A DNA stretch of 64,000 bases from Candidatus Poseidoniales archaeon (GTDB taxonomy: Archaea; Thermoplasmatota; Poseidoniia; Poseidoniales; Poseidoniaceae). Positions 30,115 to 39,982 of this stretch are shown in pieces. The stretch spans positions 222,423 to 286,422 of the forward strand of contig BOYQ01000003.1 in NCBI GenBank assembly GCA_019651595.1. Direction: 5' to 3'. The notes beneath the pieces were generated by a model. It saw only the letters and a program-made list of their open reading frames with translations. It was not told where the DNA came from and ran no database searches. The position numbers were made by a program, and so were the translations under genes. Every line of letters starts with the position of its first letter. Position 1 is the first letter of the stretch.

Positions 30115-33013
30115 TTGGAAGAGTTCTGGCACAACCTCACCATCGAGGACAGTCTGGTCGCTCAGCAATCAACCGAACACGGTATCAGCGTTGATGAGGT
30201 GGTTGAGCGAAGGAAGCGATACGGTAGCAACAAGCTGAACGAACCCGAGAAAACCTCGGCCTTTCTCCGGTTTCTTCCCAGTACAACGACCCGCTGAACT
30301 ACCTGTTGATCGGTGCCGCCATCGTTGCGTTTGCTATTAATCCAGACCATCCAGGAGATGCGATTTTCATCTTTCATTGTCCTGACCGCCAACGCGTTCT
30401 TTGGATACTGGCAGGAAAACCAAGCGGAACAAGCCATGGATTCGCTTAAACAAATGTCGATCTCAAATTGTGTGGTCATCCGGGGCGATTACGAGAGCGA
30501 AGTTCCCACGTCTGAATTGGTTCCGGGTGACGTTGTTCGCTTGGAACAAGGCTTGAACGTCCCGGCAGACGTCAGGATGATTTGGTCGCAGCAATGCAAA
30601 GTGGACGAATCGGCGCTGACGGGTGAGTCCCTGACCATCCGGAAATCAACCGATGCGCTTCCTGCTGAGACCGTTTTAGCCGACCGAAACAACATGGCCT
30701 TCATGGGCACGACGATTTCCTCGGGACGCGGTTTGGGGCTGGTGGTAGCGACAGGGATGCAGACCGAACTCGGAAAAATTGCGAGCAACATCGCCGACGC
30801 ACAAACCCCGAAAACGCCGCTTGAACTCAAACTGGAGAGCCTTGGAAAATTCCTCGGGTTCATTGCCCTCATCGTGGCCATTCTTCTGGTCTCACTCAAC
30901 CTCGTGGTCTCCTACGGAAAACCTGGCGTCGACCTGAAAGAAGTGGTCGTCCAGCAGTTCATTGTCGCCATCGCCATCTTTGTAGCCATCGTGCCTGAAG
31001 GCCTGCCCATCATTTTGGTCATCACCCTTTCCTTGGGGATGCGGAACATGGCGCGCCACAAAGCCATCATTCGCCGCATGAAAGCGGTCGAAACCCTCGG
31101 GTCAACCACGGTGATTTGCTCCGATAAAACCGGGACGCTCACCAAGAACCAAATGACGGTGCGGCAAATTCAAACCCTCGATCGAACCTTTGATGTAACC
31201 GGTGAAGGATTTGAGCCCAACGGTGCATTGGTCCGCAACGGAGTGGAACTTACGGATGCCGACCTTCAAAGCCGCCAAGCGGATTTGGGTTTCCGATTGC
31301 TGGGCGCATGTCTCTCGCTTTGCCACAATTCAAACATCGTGAAATCCGAAGGACACTGGCAGGCCATCGGCGATCCAACGGATTCCGCTTGTGCCGTTGC
31401 AGGCTGGAAAATCAACGGCGATGTCAAGAAATTCTCGCACCGCCATCCACGGTTGAATGAGTTCTTTTTTGATTCCGTGCGGAAAAGGATGAGCGTCGTT
31501 CACGAATACGAAGGTGAACGCTGGATCTTCGCCAAAGGGAGCGCAGGAGGGTTCCGAGACATCGCGACCACCAAAATTGTCGACAACGAATACGTACCAC
31601 TCTCGGACGATGACCGCGCTCAAATTTCAGCCATGAACGATGACATGGGTTCGCAAGCCATGCGCGTCATTGCCCTTCTGGCTCGAAAAGTGAACGCCGA
31701 TGAGGACATCGACGACATTGATTCCGTTGAATCAGATTTGGTGTTCTTGGGGCTCATCGGTATCATGGACCCACCTCGTCCTGAGGTCAAGGCTGCGATT
31801 GAGACTTGCCTGCGTGCGGGCATCAAGGTGAAAATGATCACCGGTGATCAGCAGATGACGGCCGCCGCCATCGGTGCTGAATTAAACATCACGTCCGCTT
31901 CGGGCGCATCCTTGGACGGGAAAGAACTCGCATCACTGAGCGATGAAGAACTCATGGAGGCTTCAGGGGAAGTCGCCATTTACTCCCGCGTGACACCCGA
32001 CCAGAAGATGAGAATCGTTTCATCGCTGCAGGAACAAGGGGAAATCGTCGCCATGACGGGGGACGGTGTCAACGATGCGCCTGCGCTTTCGGGCGCCAAC
32101 ATTGGCATCGCCATGGGCATTGCTGGCACGGACGTTGCCAAGGATGCCGCTGACATGGTGTTGCAGGACGATAACTTTGCCAACATTGTCCACGCCGTGG
32201 AAGAAGGACGGAAGATCTACCAAAACATTCGCAACTTTGTCCGCTATCAGGTGTCGACCAACGTCGCAGCCGTTTCCTTGTTGGTGCTCGCAACCTTGTT
32301 TTTCGGGCCCGAGGCTTTGCCGCTCACGGCCACGCAGATTCTGGTGATCAACATCCTGATGGACGGGCCCCCTGCAGTCGCGCTCGGTGTCGAGAAAAAA
32401 CACGGGAGCGTCATGGACCGGCCGCCGCGTCCGGTGGACGAAGGTCTCCCCAACGGCCGAGACATTTCCCTGATCTTTTACTTGGGCGCTGTGATGGTCG
32501 TGGGATCGCTGATGGTCTTCTGGCTGGCAGGCGGGAGCTTAGCCGGTGCTGAACCCTGCACGTTGCGCACCACCGAAACCAGTACAACGGCATTTGACAT
32601 GGAGGCGTGTCTCGCTGGCGAACAAGCCGCCATCGATGACTGGCAATCCATACGCCGACGGCCACTTCCAGCACGCCCAAACCATGACGTTCGCTGTGTT
32701 CATCGTGTACCAGTTGTTCAATGTCATGAACTGCAGATCCAACGAGGAAAGCGTGTTTGAATTGGGCTTGTTCTCGAACCCCGCCATCAATTACGCCTTG
32801 CTCATTTCATCGGGTCTCTTGTTGTTCTTTGTTCAACTTGCAGAGGTATCGATTCCGGTGCTGGGCATTGAAATCGGTTCCCTCTTGCGGACCAATCCAT
32901 TGACTCAGAACGACTGGACGGTGGTTGTCCTGATCGCATCGAGCGTGTTTATCATTGAAGAGTTCCGGAAACTCATCGTCAAATCACGCATCTTTGCTGT
33001 TCGGCGGCGTTGA
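30115..33013 (+). CDS. P-type cation-transporting ATPase (type IIA, Ca2+-ATPase-like), several frameshifts
   Basis: Cation-ATPase N-terminus (…GISVDEVVERRKRYGSNKL…). DKTGTLT phosphorylation site. MITGDQQMTAAAIG and GDGVNDAPAL. The C-terminal TM segment sits in the frame of ORF 32546-33013. Frames shift near 30290-30370 and 32640. Confidence 0.85.
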
Positions 33014-33037
33014 CGGTGTTAAGCACATCTTCTTGAG

Positions 33038-34270
33038 GTGAGCAGACCCCGCACCAACATGCAGGCCACCGTATACCCTGCGCCGCTCGCGGGTGAACAC
33101 CACGATTGGCTTGACCGTCTTCACAGCGAGCTCGGTCTTCATGTCTGGTCGCCAGCCATGGCCCCCATTGCAGGCAAACTCGGGAAGAACGTACCGCTAA
33201 GCGTTGAAGACGGGTTGGTCCTGTATCATCACCCCGACCTCCATGAAGTGGGTGCCTTGGCCAACATCGTGAGAAAGGCGAGATTTGGCCTCAAGACGTT
33301 CTTCAATTCCAACGTGCACATCAACCAAACCAACATCTGCGTCCTGGCCTGCCGCTTCTGTGCGTTTCGTCGGGGGCCCAAGGCACACGACGCATACGCC
33401 ATGTCCGTGGATGAATACGTCGCTGACTTGAGTCGATACGCCCACGCGGTGGACGAAGTTCACTCCGTGGGTGGACTGCATCCAGACTGGGGCATCGAGC
33501 ACTACGAGGCACTGTTTGCTCGAGTCACCAACGAACACCCGCACGTGTCCATCAAAGCCCTGACGGCCGTAGAGATCAAACACCTCTCGCAGCGTTCATC
33601 CATTCCGACCAAAGAAGTGCTTCGTCGCCTCAAAAACGCCGGCCTGACCTCGCTTCCAGGTGGTGGTGCAGAAATCCTTGATGACGATGTTCGCGCCGTT
33701 ATCTGCAACGGCAAGGAAAGTTCTGCTGAATACCTTCAGATTCACCGTGAGGCTCATGAAGTTGGGCTGCCATCGAACTGTACGATGTTGTTTGGAACGA
33801 TTGAATCTCTCGAACAACGCCTTCAGCACATGGTCTTGCTGCGCGAACTCAATGAACAAACCCGCGGCTTTCAGTGCTTTGTCCCGTATCCGTTCCTTCC
33901 TGACTCCACCCGCCTTCCAGAGGCTCAGCTGGCCAGTGGCACCGAGGTCCTCCGGACCGTGGCTGTTTCAAGGCTGATGCTCAACAACATTCCACACATC
34001 AAAGCCTATCGAATGAACATCGGTGACCATCTTGCGGAATTGGCCCTGCAGTACGGAGCCGATGACATCGATGGGACCGTACAAAAAGAATCCATCATGC
34101 ACCTTGCCGGTTCAACAGCACCGCTGGACCACGACCGATCAAAACTGGCTCGTCTCATCACCGACGCAGGGTGCGAGCCCGTTCAGAGAAACACGGTGTA
34201 CAGCAACTTTGAACCTTACACGCCTCCTGAGGTCAAGCCAAAACGTCGCCTTCAGATGGCGTCCGAATGA
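33038..34270 (+). CDS. radical-SAM enzyme of the MqnC/MqnE (futalosine-pathway) family
   Basis: …HINQTNICVLACRFCAF… CxxxCxxC cluster in the CofH/MqnC/MqnE-type context. Next to mqnA and mqnD. Confidence 0.7.
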   Translation: MSRPRTNMQATVYPAPLAGEHHDWLDRLHSELGLHVWSPAMAPIAGKLGKNVPLSVEDGLVLYHHPDLHEVGALANIVRKARFGLKTFFNSNVHINQTNICVLACRFCAFRRGPKAHDAYAMSVDEYVADLSRYAHAVDEVHSVGGLHPDWGIEHYEALFARVTNEHPHVSIKALTAVEIKHLSQRSSIPTKEVLRRLKNAGLTSLPGGGAEILDDDVRAVICNGKESSAEYLQIHREAHEVGLPSNCTMLFGTIESLEQRLQHMVLLRELNEQTRGFQCFVPYPFLPDSTRLPEAQLASGTEVLRTVAVSRLMLNNIPHIKAYRMNIGDHLAELALQYGADDIDGTVQKESIMHLAGSTAPLDHDRSKLARLITDAGCEPVQRNTVYSNFEPYTPPEVKPKRRLQMASE

Positions 34271-34279
34271 GGAAGGACC

Positions 34280-35092
34280 ATGGAGAGGACGTGGACCTCG
34301 ACCTTGGGCAGGGTGGCCTTCATCAATTGCGACCCGCTCTATCACGACATCTCATCCGACTGGAACATTTTGGCAGCGCCTCCATCATGGTTGACCGGCC
34401 ACGTGCTACGACGCGACTGCATCCTCGCACCCATTCCTGCGGCCGATTACGCCAAGCATGAATCAGATTTGGTGCTCCTGCCTGACATTGGCATTGGTAG
34501 TCAAGGTGAGGTTGGCAGCGTGTTGTTGTTCGGTGCCGTACCGATTGAATCGATGAAGACGATTGCTCTGCCCAGCGATTCTGCGACGTCCGTCGCTTTG
34601 CTGAAGCATCTCTTGGCGAAGAGGGGCCACGACATGAACTACGTCTCCACGGGCCCCGACTACGACTCCATGATGGCCATGGCAGACGGTGCCCTGCTCA
34701 TCGGTGATCGTGCCCTCGATGCGGCAAGGGAATTCCCCGAGATGGTACAGATGGATTTGGGCACGGCTTGGATGGAGGAAGAGGGACTCCCCATGATTTT
34801 TGGTGTGTTTGTCGCCCGACGAGACACGCCCACGGCGTTGGTTCAACGAGCGCATGCAGCCCTGCTGGCGAACCTGGTCCAGTTTGAAACCGACCAAACA
34901 AAACGGGAGCGCGTCATTGAATGGTCCATGGAAAAGTCAGGCCTCACCCATGAGCGACTCGACCAGTACTACGGAGAAGTCTTCAACCGATTGAACGCTC
35001 ACCATCTCAACGGACTCTTTCGCTTTCTTGAACAGGCATGTGGAATGGAGAACGAACCTCAATTTGCGTGGCTGGCAGATGCCGTTGTATAA
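34280..35092 (+). CDS. mqnA: chorismate dehydratase MqnA-like (futalosine pathway)
   Basis: …RVAFINCDPLYH… MqnA/MqnD-family N-terminus. Size and neighbourhood fit. Confidence 0.65.
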   Translation: MERTWTSTLGRVAFINCDPLYHDISSDWNILAAPPSWLTGHVLRRDCILAPIPAADYAKHESDLVLLPDIGIGSQGEVGSVLLFGAVPIESMKTIALPSDSATSVALLKHLLAKRGHDMNYVSTGPDYDSMMAMADGALLIGDRALDAAREFPEMVQMDLGTAWMEEEGLPMIFGVFVARRDTPTALVQRAHAALLANLVQFETDQTKRERVIEWSMEKSGLTHERLDQYYGEVFNRLNAHHLNGLFRFLEQACGMENEPQFAWLADAVV

Positions 35093-35137
35093 GAAATTCA
35101 ACGGATGGTTCATGAAGGGCGTGCAGGTGGCTGAATC

Positions 35138-36016
35138 ATGACTGAACTTCCGGTGGACGAAGACGGAAATAAAATCGTAAGAATCGGTCATAGCCCGGAC
35201 CCCGATGATGCGTTCATGTTCCACGCCATGACCACCAACGCCTTCCCAACGCCCGGGTACAATTTTGTTCACGAACTCCAGGACATCGAAACACTCAACC
35301 ATCGAGCCATGAATCAAGACCTCGAAGTTTCGGCGGTCTCCATTCATGCCTACCCCGACATCGCCGAGCATTACGCTTTGATGAATTGCGGTGCATCCAT
35401 GGGCGAAGGCTACGGCCCCATGATCGTCTGCAAAGCCGGTGTCTCGGAAGCCGACGCACGAAGCAACACCATCGCCGTTCCCGGATTGAAAACCAGCGCT
35501 TACCTCGGCTTGCGCCTCGCTTGGGGCGATTGTGATGTAGCTGTGGTACCCTTTGACGAAATCATACCTCGCATTCTCGACGGCACGTACCTCAGCGGTC
35601 TGATCATCCACGAAGGTCAGTTGACGTACGTTGACCATGACCTTGACGTGCTCATCGACCTCGGGAAGTGGTGGAACGCACGGACAAACAACTGGCCCAT
35701 GCCCTTGGGCGGAAACGTTGTGCGTCGTGATTTGGGAGAAGACGTCATGCAAGACATCACCAAGTACACCAAGATGAGCATCGAATACGCGCTCGCCTCT
35801 CCCGACGAGGCCCTTGAGTTTGCCAAGGCATGGGGCCGAGGTATTGACGACGAAACCAACCGAGAATTCGTCGGCATGTACGTGAACGACCGGACCATCG
35901 ACTACAAAGAAGAAGGCCGTGCTTCCATTCGACAGTTCATCAAAGAAGGCCAAACCATCGGAATGATTCGGGACGATTTTGACACGGCAACGATGCGATT
36001 CATTGGAGAACCATGA
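35138..36016 (+). CDS. mqnD: 1,4-dihydroxy-6-naphthoate synthase MqnD-like
   Basis: …IRIGHSPDPDDAFMFHAM… MqnD signature. Confidence 0.7.
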   Translation: MTELPVDEDGNKIVRIGHSPDPDDAFMFHAMTTNAFPTPGYNFVHELQDIETLNHRAMNQDLEVSAVSIHAYPDIAEHYALMNCGASMGEGYGPMIVCKAGVSEADARSNTIAVPGLKTSAYLGLRLAWGDCDVAVVPFDEIIPRILDGTYLSGLIIHEGQLTYVDHDLDVLIDLGKWWNARTNNWPMPLGGNVVRRDLGEDVMQDITKYTKMSIEYALASPDEALEFAKAWGRGIDDETNREFVGMYVNDRTIDYKEEGRASIRQFIKEGQTIGMIRDDFDTATMRFIGEP

Positions 36017-36025
36017 GGGAGCGCA

Positions 36026-36514
36026 ATGGAAGCCGAAGGCCGCATACCAAAGGTGAGCCAATACGGCTCGGTCGACCCGGCCCCTCCTGCGCAAGAGGCG
36101 TTGGTCGCCGAACTCACCGCTCGCTTGTGCGATGAAGACGAACCCATGTTTCAACGGATGCGGGCCGTGTTCGCTCTGCGCAACCTTCGCACCGATGAAG
36201 CGTGCCTGGCGCTGTGCCAAGGGTTCGCAAGTTCGAGCGCGCTCCTCCGCCACGAAATCGCCTACGTTTTGGGACAGATGCAAAACACGGCAGCGCTGCC
36301 AACACTGATTCAACGCCTTGAGGACGATGAAGAGCACGTCATGGTCCGTCACGAAGCCGCTGAAGCCATGGGCGCCATTGGCGACCGGTCCGTGATTCCA
36401 TCGCTGGAAAAATACAGCCAAGATTCCCAACCTGAAGTGGCTGAATCTTGCATTGTTGCATTGGATCTATTGGCTTGGGTCGCTGGAGCCGAATTCCATG
36501 AGACCGAGTGTTGA
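36026..36514 (+). CDS. HEAT-repeat protein resembling one half (4 repeats, 2 His-Glu motifs) of deoxyhypusine hydroxylase
   Basis: LRHEIAYVLGQMQ and VRHEAAEAMGAIGD His-Glu HEAT motifs, plus …VDPAPPA…MFQRMRAVFALRN… and EVAESCIVALD. The whole 162-aa protein aligns (from memory) with the C-terminal dyad of eukaryotic DOHH. Confidence 0.55.
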   Translation: MEAEGRIPKVSQYGSVDPAPPAQEALVAELTARLCDEDEPMFQRMRAVFALRNLRTDEACLALCQGFASSSALLRHEIAYVLGQMQNTAALPTLIQRLEDDEEHVMVRHEAAEAMGAIGDRSVIPSLEKYSQDSQPEVAESCIVALDLLAWVAGAEFHETEC

Positions 36515-36777
36515 GCTACCTCAAGTTCAAAGACTGGACCACCTACCGCCCAACAGGAAGGACGCACATGCCTCACGACCATATCCAACTGGCCCAAGCC
36601 CCCAACGGTGAACTCGGGCCCCGATGCCACCACTGCGGCATGCGCCTCACGTTCGGCAACGCCATGGTCGTCGACAAGTACTACATGTGTTGGGAGCACT
36701 ACGTCGAAGCCACCGGTGCGGACACGGCAACGGAAGTTTCAGACGCCGATGAGCGTTTCTGGATGAAGCAGGACTGA
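36508..36777 (+). CDS. small hypothetical Cys/His-cluster protein
   Basis: CHHCG…C.EH arrangement. The start may be the Met at 36568. Weak call. Confidence 0.3.
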   Translation: MLSYLKFKDWTTYRPTGRTHMPHDHIQLAQAPNGELGPRCHHCGMRLTFGNAMVVDKYYMCWEHYVEATGADTATEVSDADERFWMKQD

Positions 36778-36828
36778 AACGGCTTTCTTCAAGAACCCTC
36801 AACCGCTGGTGTTGATTGAGGGCGAACC

Positions 36829-38028
36829 ATGGCAACTGGCTGGGCGAGGTTTGCACATCGGTTTGGCCAATACTATCAACACGCTACGCTTTGGTCGCCT
36901 CCACGCATCAAAACACGCGAATGGATGTTCATCCCGTTCGGGGGGGCGCCTCCCCTTCGACACAAATCGTTCTCCGGGATCGGTCAAGTGCAATCTTTTC
37001 TTGCCCAGCGAGCCATGCATTCCTGCTTTTACTCAACGGCTTACTGGCGCCGCCCTTACGAATTGAAAATGGCCGATAAGTTGTGGCAGGGCGCAGATTT
37101 GATCTTTGACCTTGATGGCGACCACCTGCCGGGTGTCACCGACCGGGATTTTCCCGGTATGCTGTCCGTGATTCAGGATCAGGCATGGGCTCTGTGGAAC
37201 GATTTCCTCGAGCCCGAGTTTGGATTCAATGAGGACCATCTTCAGGTCACCTTTTCCGGGCACCGCGGCTTCCATCTTCACTATCGTGACCCCTCCCTGT
37301 TTCATTTGGATTCCGAAGCCCGCCGCGAACTTGTCTCGCACATTCGCGGCGAAGGCGTTGACGTGCAAGGTGGTCTTGCAAGGTACCACGACCAGCACGC
37401 CAAAGGTTGGACTCAACGTATCCGCGAGGGCATGGACGCCATGATTCTCACCCTTCGTGATATTCATCGTGGCGTCGAAGGAAGCGCTGGAGAACTCCGT
37501 CGATTGGAAACCGAACTTCAGGCCATGCAAGACCGAGAGGGTGCGACCTCTCAGCGTTCGGCAGCGGCCATTCGACGTCTTGCTGAATTGATGGACCACG
37601 ATTCCCGAGTCGCCCGTCTCAAAGAGGGAAAATTCGAACTCCTTGGAAACTACCAGGCGTTGTTTTTGAATTTGCTCAAAGCTGACGCATCGGTGGTGTT
37701 GGGTTCGGCAGGAGAGACGGACGAAGTGGTTACCATTGACACGCGACGCCAGATTCGTTGGCCGACCTCCCTCCATGGCAAATCCGGGATGCGCGTCAGC
37801 GAATTTCCACTCGCTCGGTTGGACCCTGACGGTTCGAATCCTTACAATCCATTGAACGAAGCCTTTGTGCTCGGGCTTGATGACTCGATCGAGGTCGAAT
37901 GGTTGGTTGATGATGCCGTTGCCCAGTTCGGTGACCGTCGGTTGGAAAGCGCCACAGGCAAGCGAATTCAAGTCCACGAATCCGGCGCGACCTTCTTGGT
38001 CCTGAAGGGCTGGGCGACGATGGTGTGA
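36829..38028 (+). CDS. priS: DNA primase small (catalytic) subunit PriS
   Basis: Catalytic acidic motif …DLIFDLDGDH…, SGHRGFH motif, and an N-terminal …FIPFGG…RHKSFS… region. Confidence 0.8.
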   Translation: MATGWARFAHRFGQYYQHATLWSPPRIKTREWMFIPFGGAPPLRHKSFSGIGQVQSFLAQRAMHSCFYSTAYWRRPYELKMADKLWQGADLIFDLDGDHLPGVTDRDFPGMLSVIQDQAWALWNDFLEPEFGFNEDHLQVTFSGHRGFHLHYRDPSLFHLDSEARRELVSHIRGEGVDVQGGLARYHDQHAKGWTQRIREGMDAMILTLRDIHRGVEGSAGELRRLETELQAMQDREGATSQRSAAAIRRLAELMDHDSRVARLKEGKFELLGNYQALFLNLLKADASVVLGSAGETDEVVTIDTRRQIRWPTSLHGKSGMRVSEFPLARLDPDGSNPYNPLNEAFVLGLDDSIEVEWLVDDAVAQFGDRRLESATGKRIQVHESGATFLVLKGWATMV

Positions 38029-38114
38029 GGCAGGATGGTCGAACGGACAACCCGTGAATTTCAGGACCAAAGTGCGGTAAGGTTCAAGGGTGGTTTCCCA
38101 TCCCTTGGGACGAG

Positions 38115-39122
38115 GTGAGTCCGTTGGGTCTGCGCAGAGGAAAGAAATCCAAGAAGTCGGATGCCTCGCTCCCCCTGCCCGATTTGCCACCACCTGGTGG
38201 TCTTCCTGCCCCGTTGCCCTTGCCACCGGGCGGACCAGCCCTCCCTCCTCTTCCCGGTGCACCAACGCCCGCTGAAGCGCCCGTTCCCGCCCCACTGCCT
38301 GCTCCTCTCCCCGTCCCTGAGGCCACCCCTGCAGCCAACGTCGCACCTCTGCCCCTCCCCACCAACGATCCCGGCACCACGCTGTCGGGCATCACGGAAG
38401 AGAAGGGGTACAACGAACTCTGGGCGAAGCGCTCCGAAAAACCACTGCAGCAGATCTACGGGCACATTGATCGAATCAGCAACAAAGAAGCCGGCTCCCT
38501 CCTCGATCGTTACGCTGACCGCTTCGGCCATTCGCTTGATCGTGAAATCATTGTGATGAGAAAAGCGGCCGTTGAGGAAAAAGTGGCTGAAATCCGAGAC
38601 GCTCCCACCGTTGAACTCATCGATGACGAGCCGACCGAGCCCGTGAGTGAACTCCAGCAAGTCGAAGACGAACTGCGGGCGCTCAAACCGCTTTACCAAG
38701 AAGCGAAATCGCTGGGCGACAAGGAAACGCTCGCCGAACTGACACCCACTCTCCAAGCCTTGATGGCTCGTAGGAAGGCGTTGAAGTCTGGCGATGCGCC
38801 AACCGAGGAACCGGCCGTCGCTGAAACGTCCTCAGACGAAAGCGATGACTTGTTCTCCACGTTCGTGGGCATTGTCGACACCTTGCTGGGCGACCACCTG
38901 CCAGAATCCATCGTCAACGACTTCGTGGCTAGCGAGGACTTTGAAACGTACAGAGAAGTCTTGGGTTCGCCCGAAACAACCGATGAAGAGACGCGAGGGG
39001 CGTTTTACCGTATGGTGGACGACCAACTGGGCAACATGTCGTCGGAATCCATTTCTGCTTTTGTCGAATCAGCAGATTTCGACATCTACCGGGAAATCGG
39101 AGAGCGCTACAAGGATGAGTGA
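38115..39122 (+). CDS. hypothetical protein: N-terminal proline-rich (LP/PLP) low-complexity tract, acidic C-terminal half with an internal duplication
   Basis: PLPAPLP… tract across 38160-38350. Duplicated DFVASEDFETYREV / AFVESADFDIYREI elements. Confidence 0.5.
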   Translation: MSPLGLRRGKKSKKSDASLPLPDLPPPGGLPAPLPLPPGGPALPPLPGAPTPAEAPVPAPLPAPLPVPEATPAANVAPLPLPTNDPGTTLSGITEEKGYNELWAKRSEKPLQQIYGHIDRISNKEAGSLLDRYADRFGHSLDREIIVMRKAAVEEKVAEIRDAPTVELIDDEPTEPVSELQQVEDELRALKPLYQEAKSLGDKETLAELTPTLQALMARRKALKSGDAPTEEPAVAETSSDESDDLFSTFVGIVDTLLGDHLPESIVNDFVASEDFETYREVLGSPETTDEETRGAFYRMVDDQLGNMSSESISAFVESADFDIYREIGERYKDE

Positions 39123-39970
39123 AAATCATGGGACTACTGGACAAAGCAGCCGCTTCAGGAAGCGAAGACCCAAAGCCGAAAGCCAAAGCGGTCGCCAAAG
39201 CCAAGCCGGTGGCGAAAGCCAAGGCCAAGGCGAAGCCGGTCAAGGCGCAACGAGCAGCCAAGGTCAAGAAAGAGCGTGCACCACGAGCACGACCGATGGA
39301 ACTCTCGGACGATTACGAGCTCGCCACCAAGATGAACCGCAGAATTTCCTCACTGGTCAACTTCTTCATCAACTTCGGTGTGCTGTTTGCGGCGTTGTTC
39401 ATCGCCTCGGCTGACACCAGCATTGTGACAACGATCCTGTTCGCCATCAGCGGAGGCATCATCATCCTCAATGCAATTTTCATCCCAATGAAATTCAGTC
39501 GCAACTTGGGCCAGTTCGTCTCCCGAACCAAGTACGTCCGCGGCGATGGCACCAACCCGCTGTTTCTGCACGGCATTTTGGTCAACACGGCCGGTTTGTT
39601 CTCCCTCGTGGGACTGATCATGGTTGCCACCCAATTCCAAAACCTGTCGGAGGCCGACAACACCGGGGCCATCATCTCGTTTTCTTTGGGAACCATCTTC
39701 ATCATTCTGTGGTTTGTGGACCGCTACCTGCGAAACGGTAGCGCCATGGGCCAGGGTCTCTACGATCTCGCCTTCCGCGCTTACCTCGTGAAGTACATTC
39801 CAAGTGATGACGAGAAGGCCTCGGGCATTTGGGCCCGTCTCGAAAACATGGGCAACTTCGGCGACCAGCTCGTCAAGCGCCAAGAAGAGCGCAAAGCGAA
39901 GAAGGAATCCAAGAAAGCCGAAACTGAAGATGGTGAGGCCGACGACGAGTCCGAATCGCAAGACGATTGA
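39119..39970 (+). CDS. membrane protein: Lys/Ala-rich (AKAKPV) N-terminal tail, four predicted TM helices, acidic C-terminus
   Basis: KAKAVAKAKPVAKAKAKAKPVKAQRAAKVKK tail followed by hydrophobic segments. Start (GTG at 39119 or ATG at 39128) overlaps or abuts the upstream stop. Confidence 0.5.
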   Translation: MKIMGLLDKAAASGSEDPKPKAKAVAKAKPVAKAKAKAKPVKAQRAAKVKKERAPRARPMELSDDYELATKMNRRISSLVNFFINFGVLFAALFIASADTSIVTTILFAISGGIIILNAIFIPMKFSRNLGQFVSRTKYVRGDGTNPLFLHGILVNTAGLFSLVGLIMVATQFQNLSEADNTGAIISFSLGTIFIILWFVDRYLRNGSAMGQGLYDLAFRAYLVKYIPSDDEKASGIWARLENMGNFGDQLVKRQEERKAKKESKKAETEDGEADDESESQDD

Positions 39971-39982
39971 CCACCGAGTTGA

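Noticed and set aside
34937-36430. 497-aa minus-strand ORF spanning mqnA / mqnD / the DOHH-like gene
   Set aside because: It is antisense to three well-supported plus-strand genes with recognisable motifs. Its protein is low-complexity (G/V/H/R-rich), typical of antisense frames in high-GC DNA.
37033-38346. 437-aa minus-strand ORF over priS
   Set aside because: Antisense to PriS, which carries clear catalytic motifs. Arg/Gly/Pro-rich composition. A high-GC artefact.
38160-38360. Short tandem nucleotide repeats; considered as a CRISPR or minisatellite
   Set aside because: The periodicity comes from coding for the PLP/LPxP proline-rich tract. There are no identical repeats of constant length with unique spacers, and no cas genes anywhere in the window.
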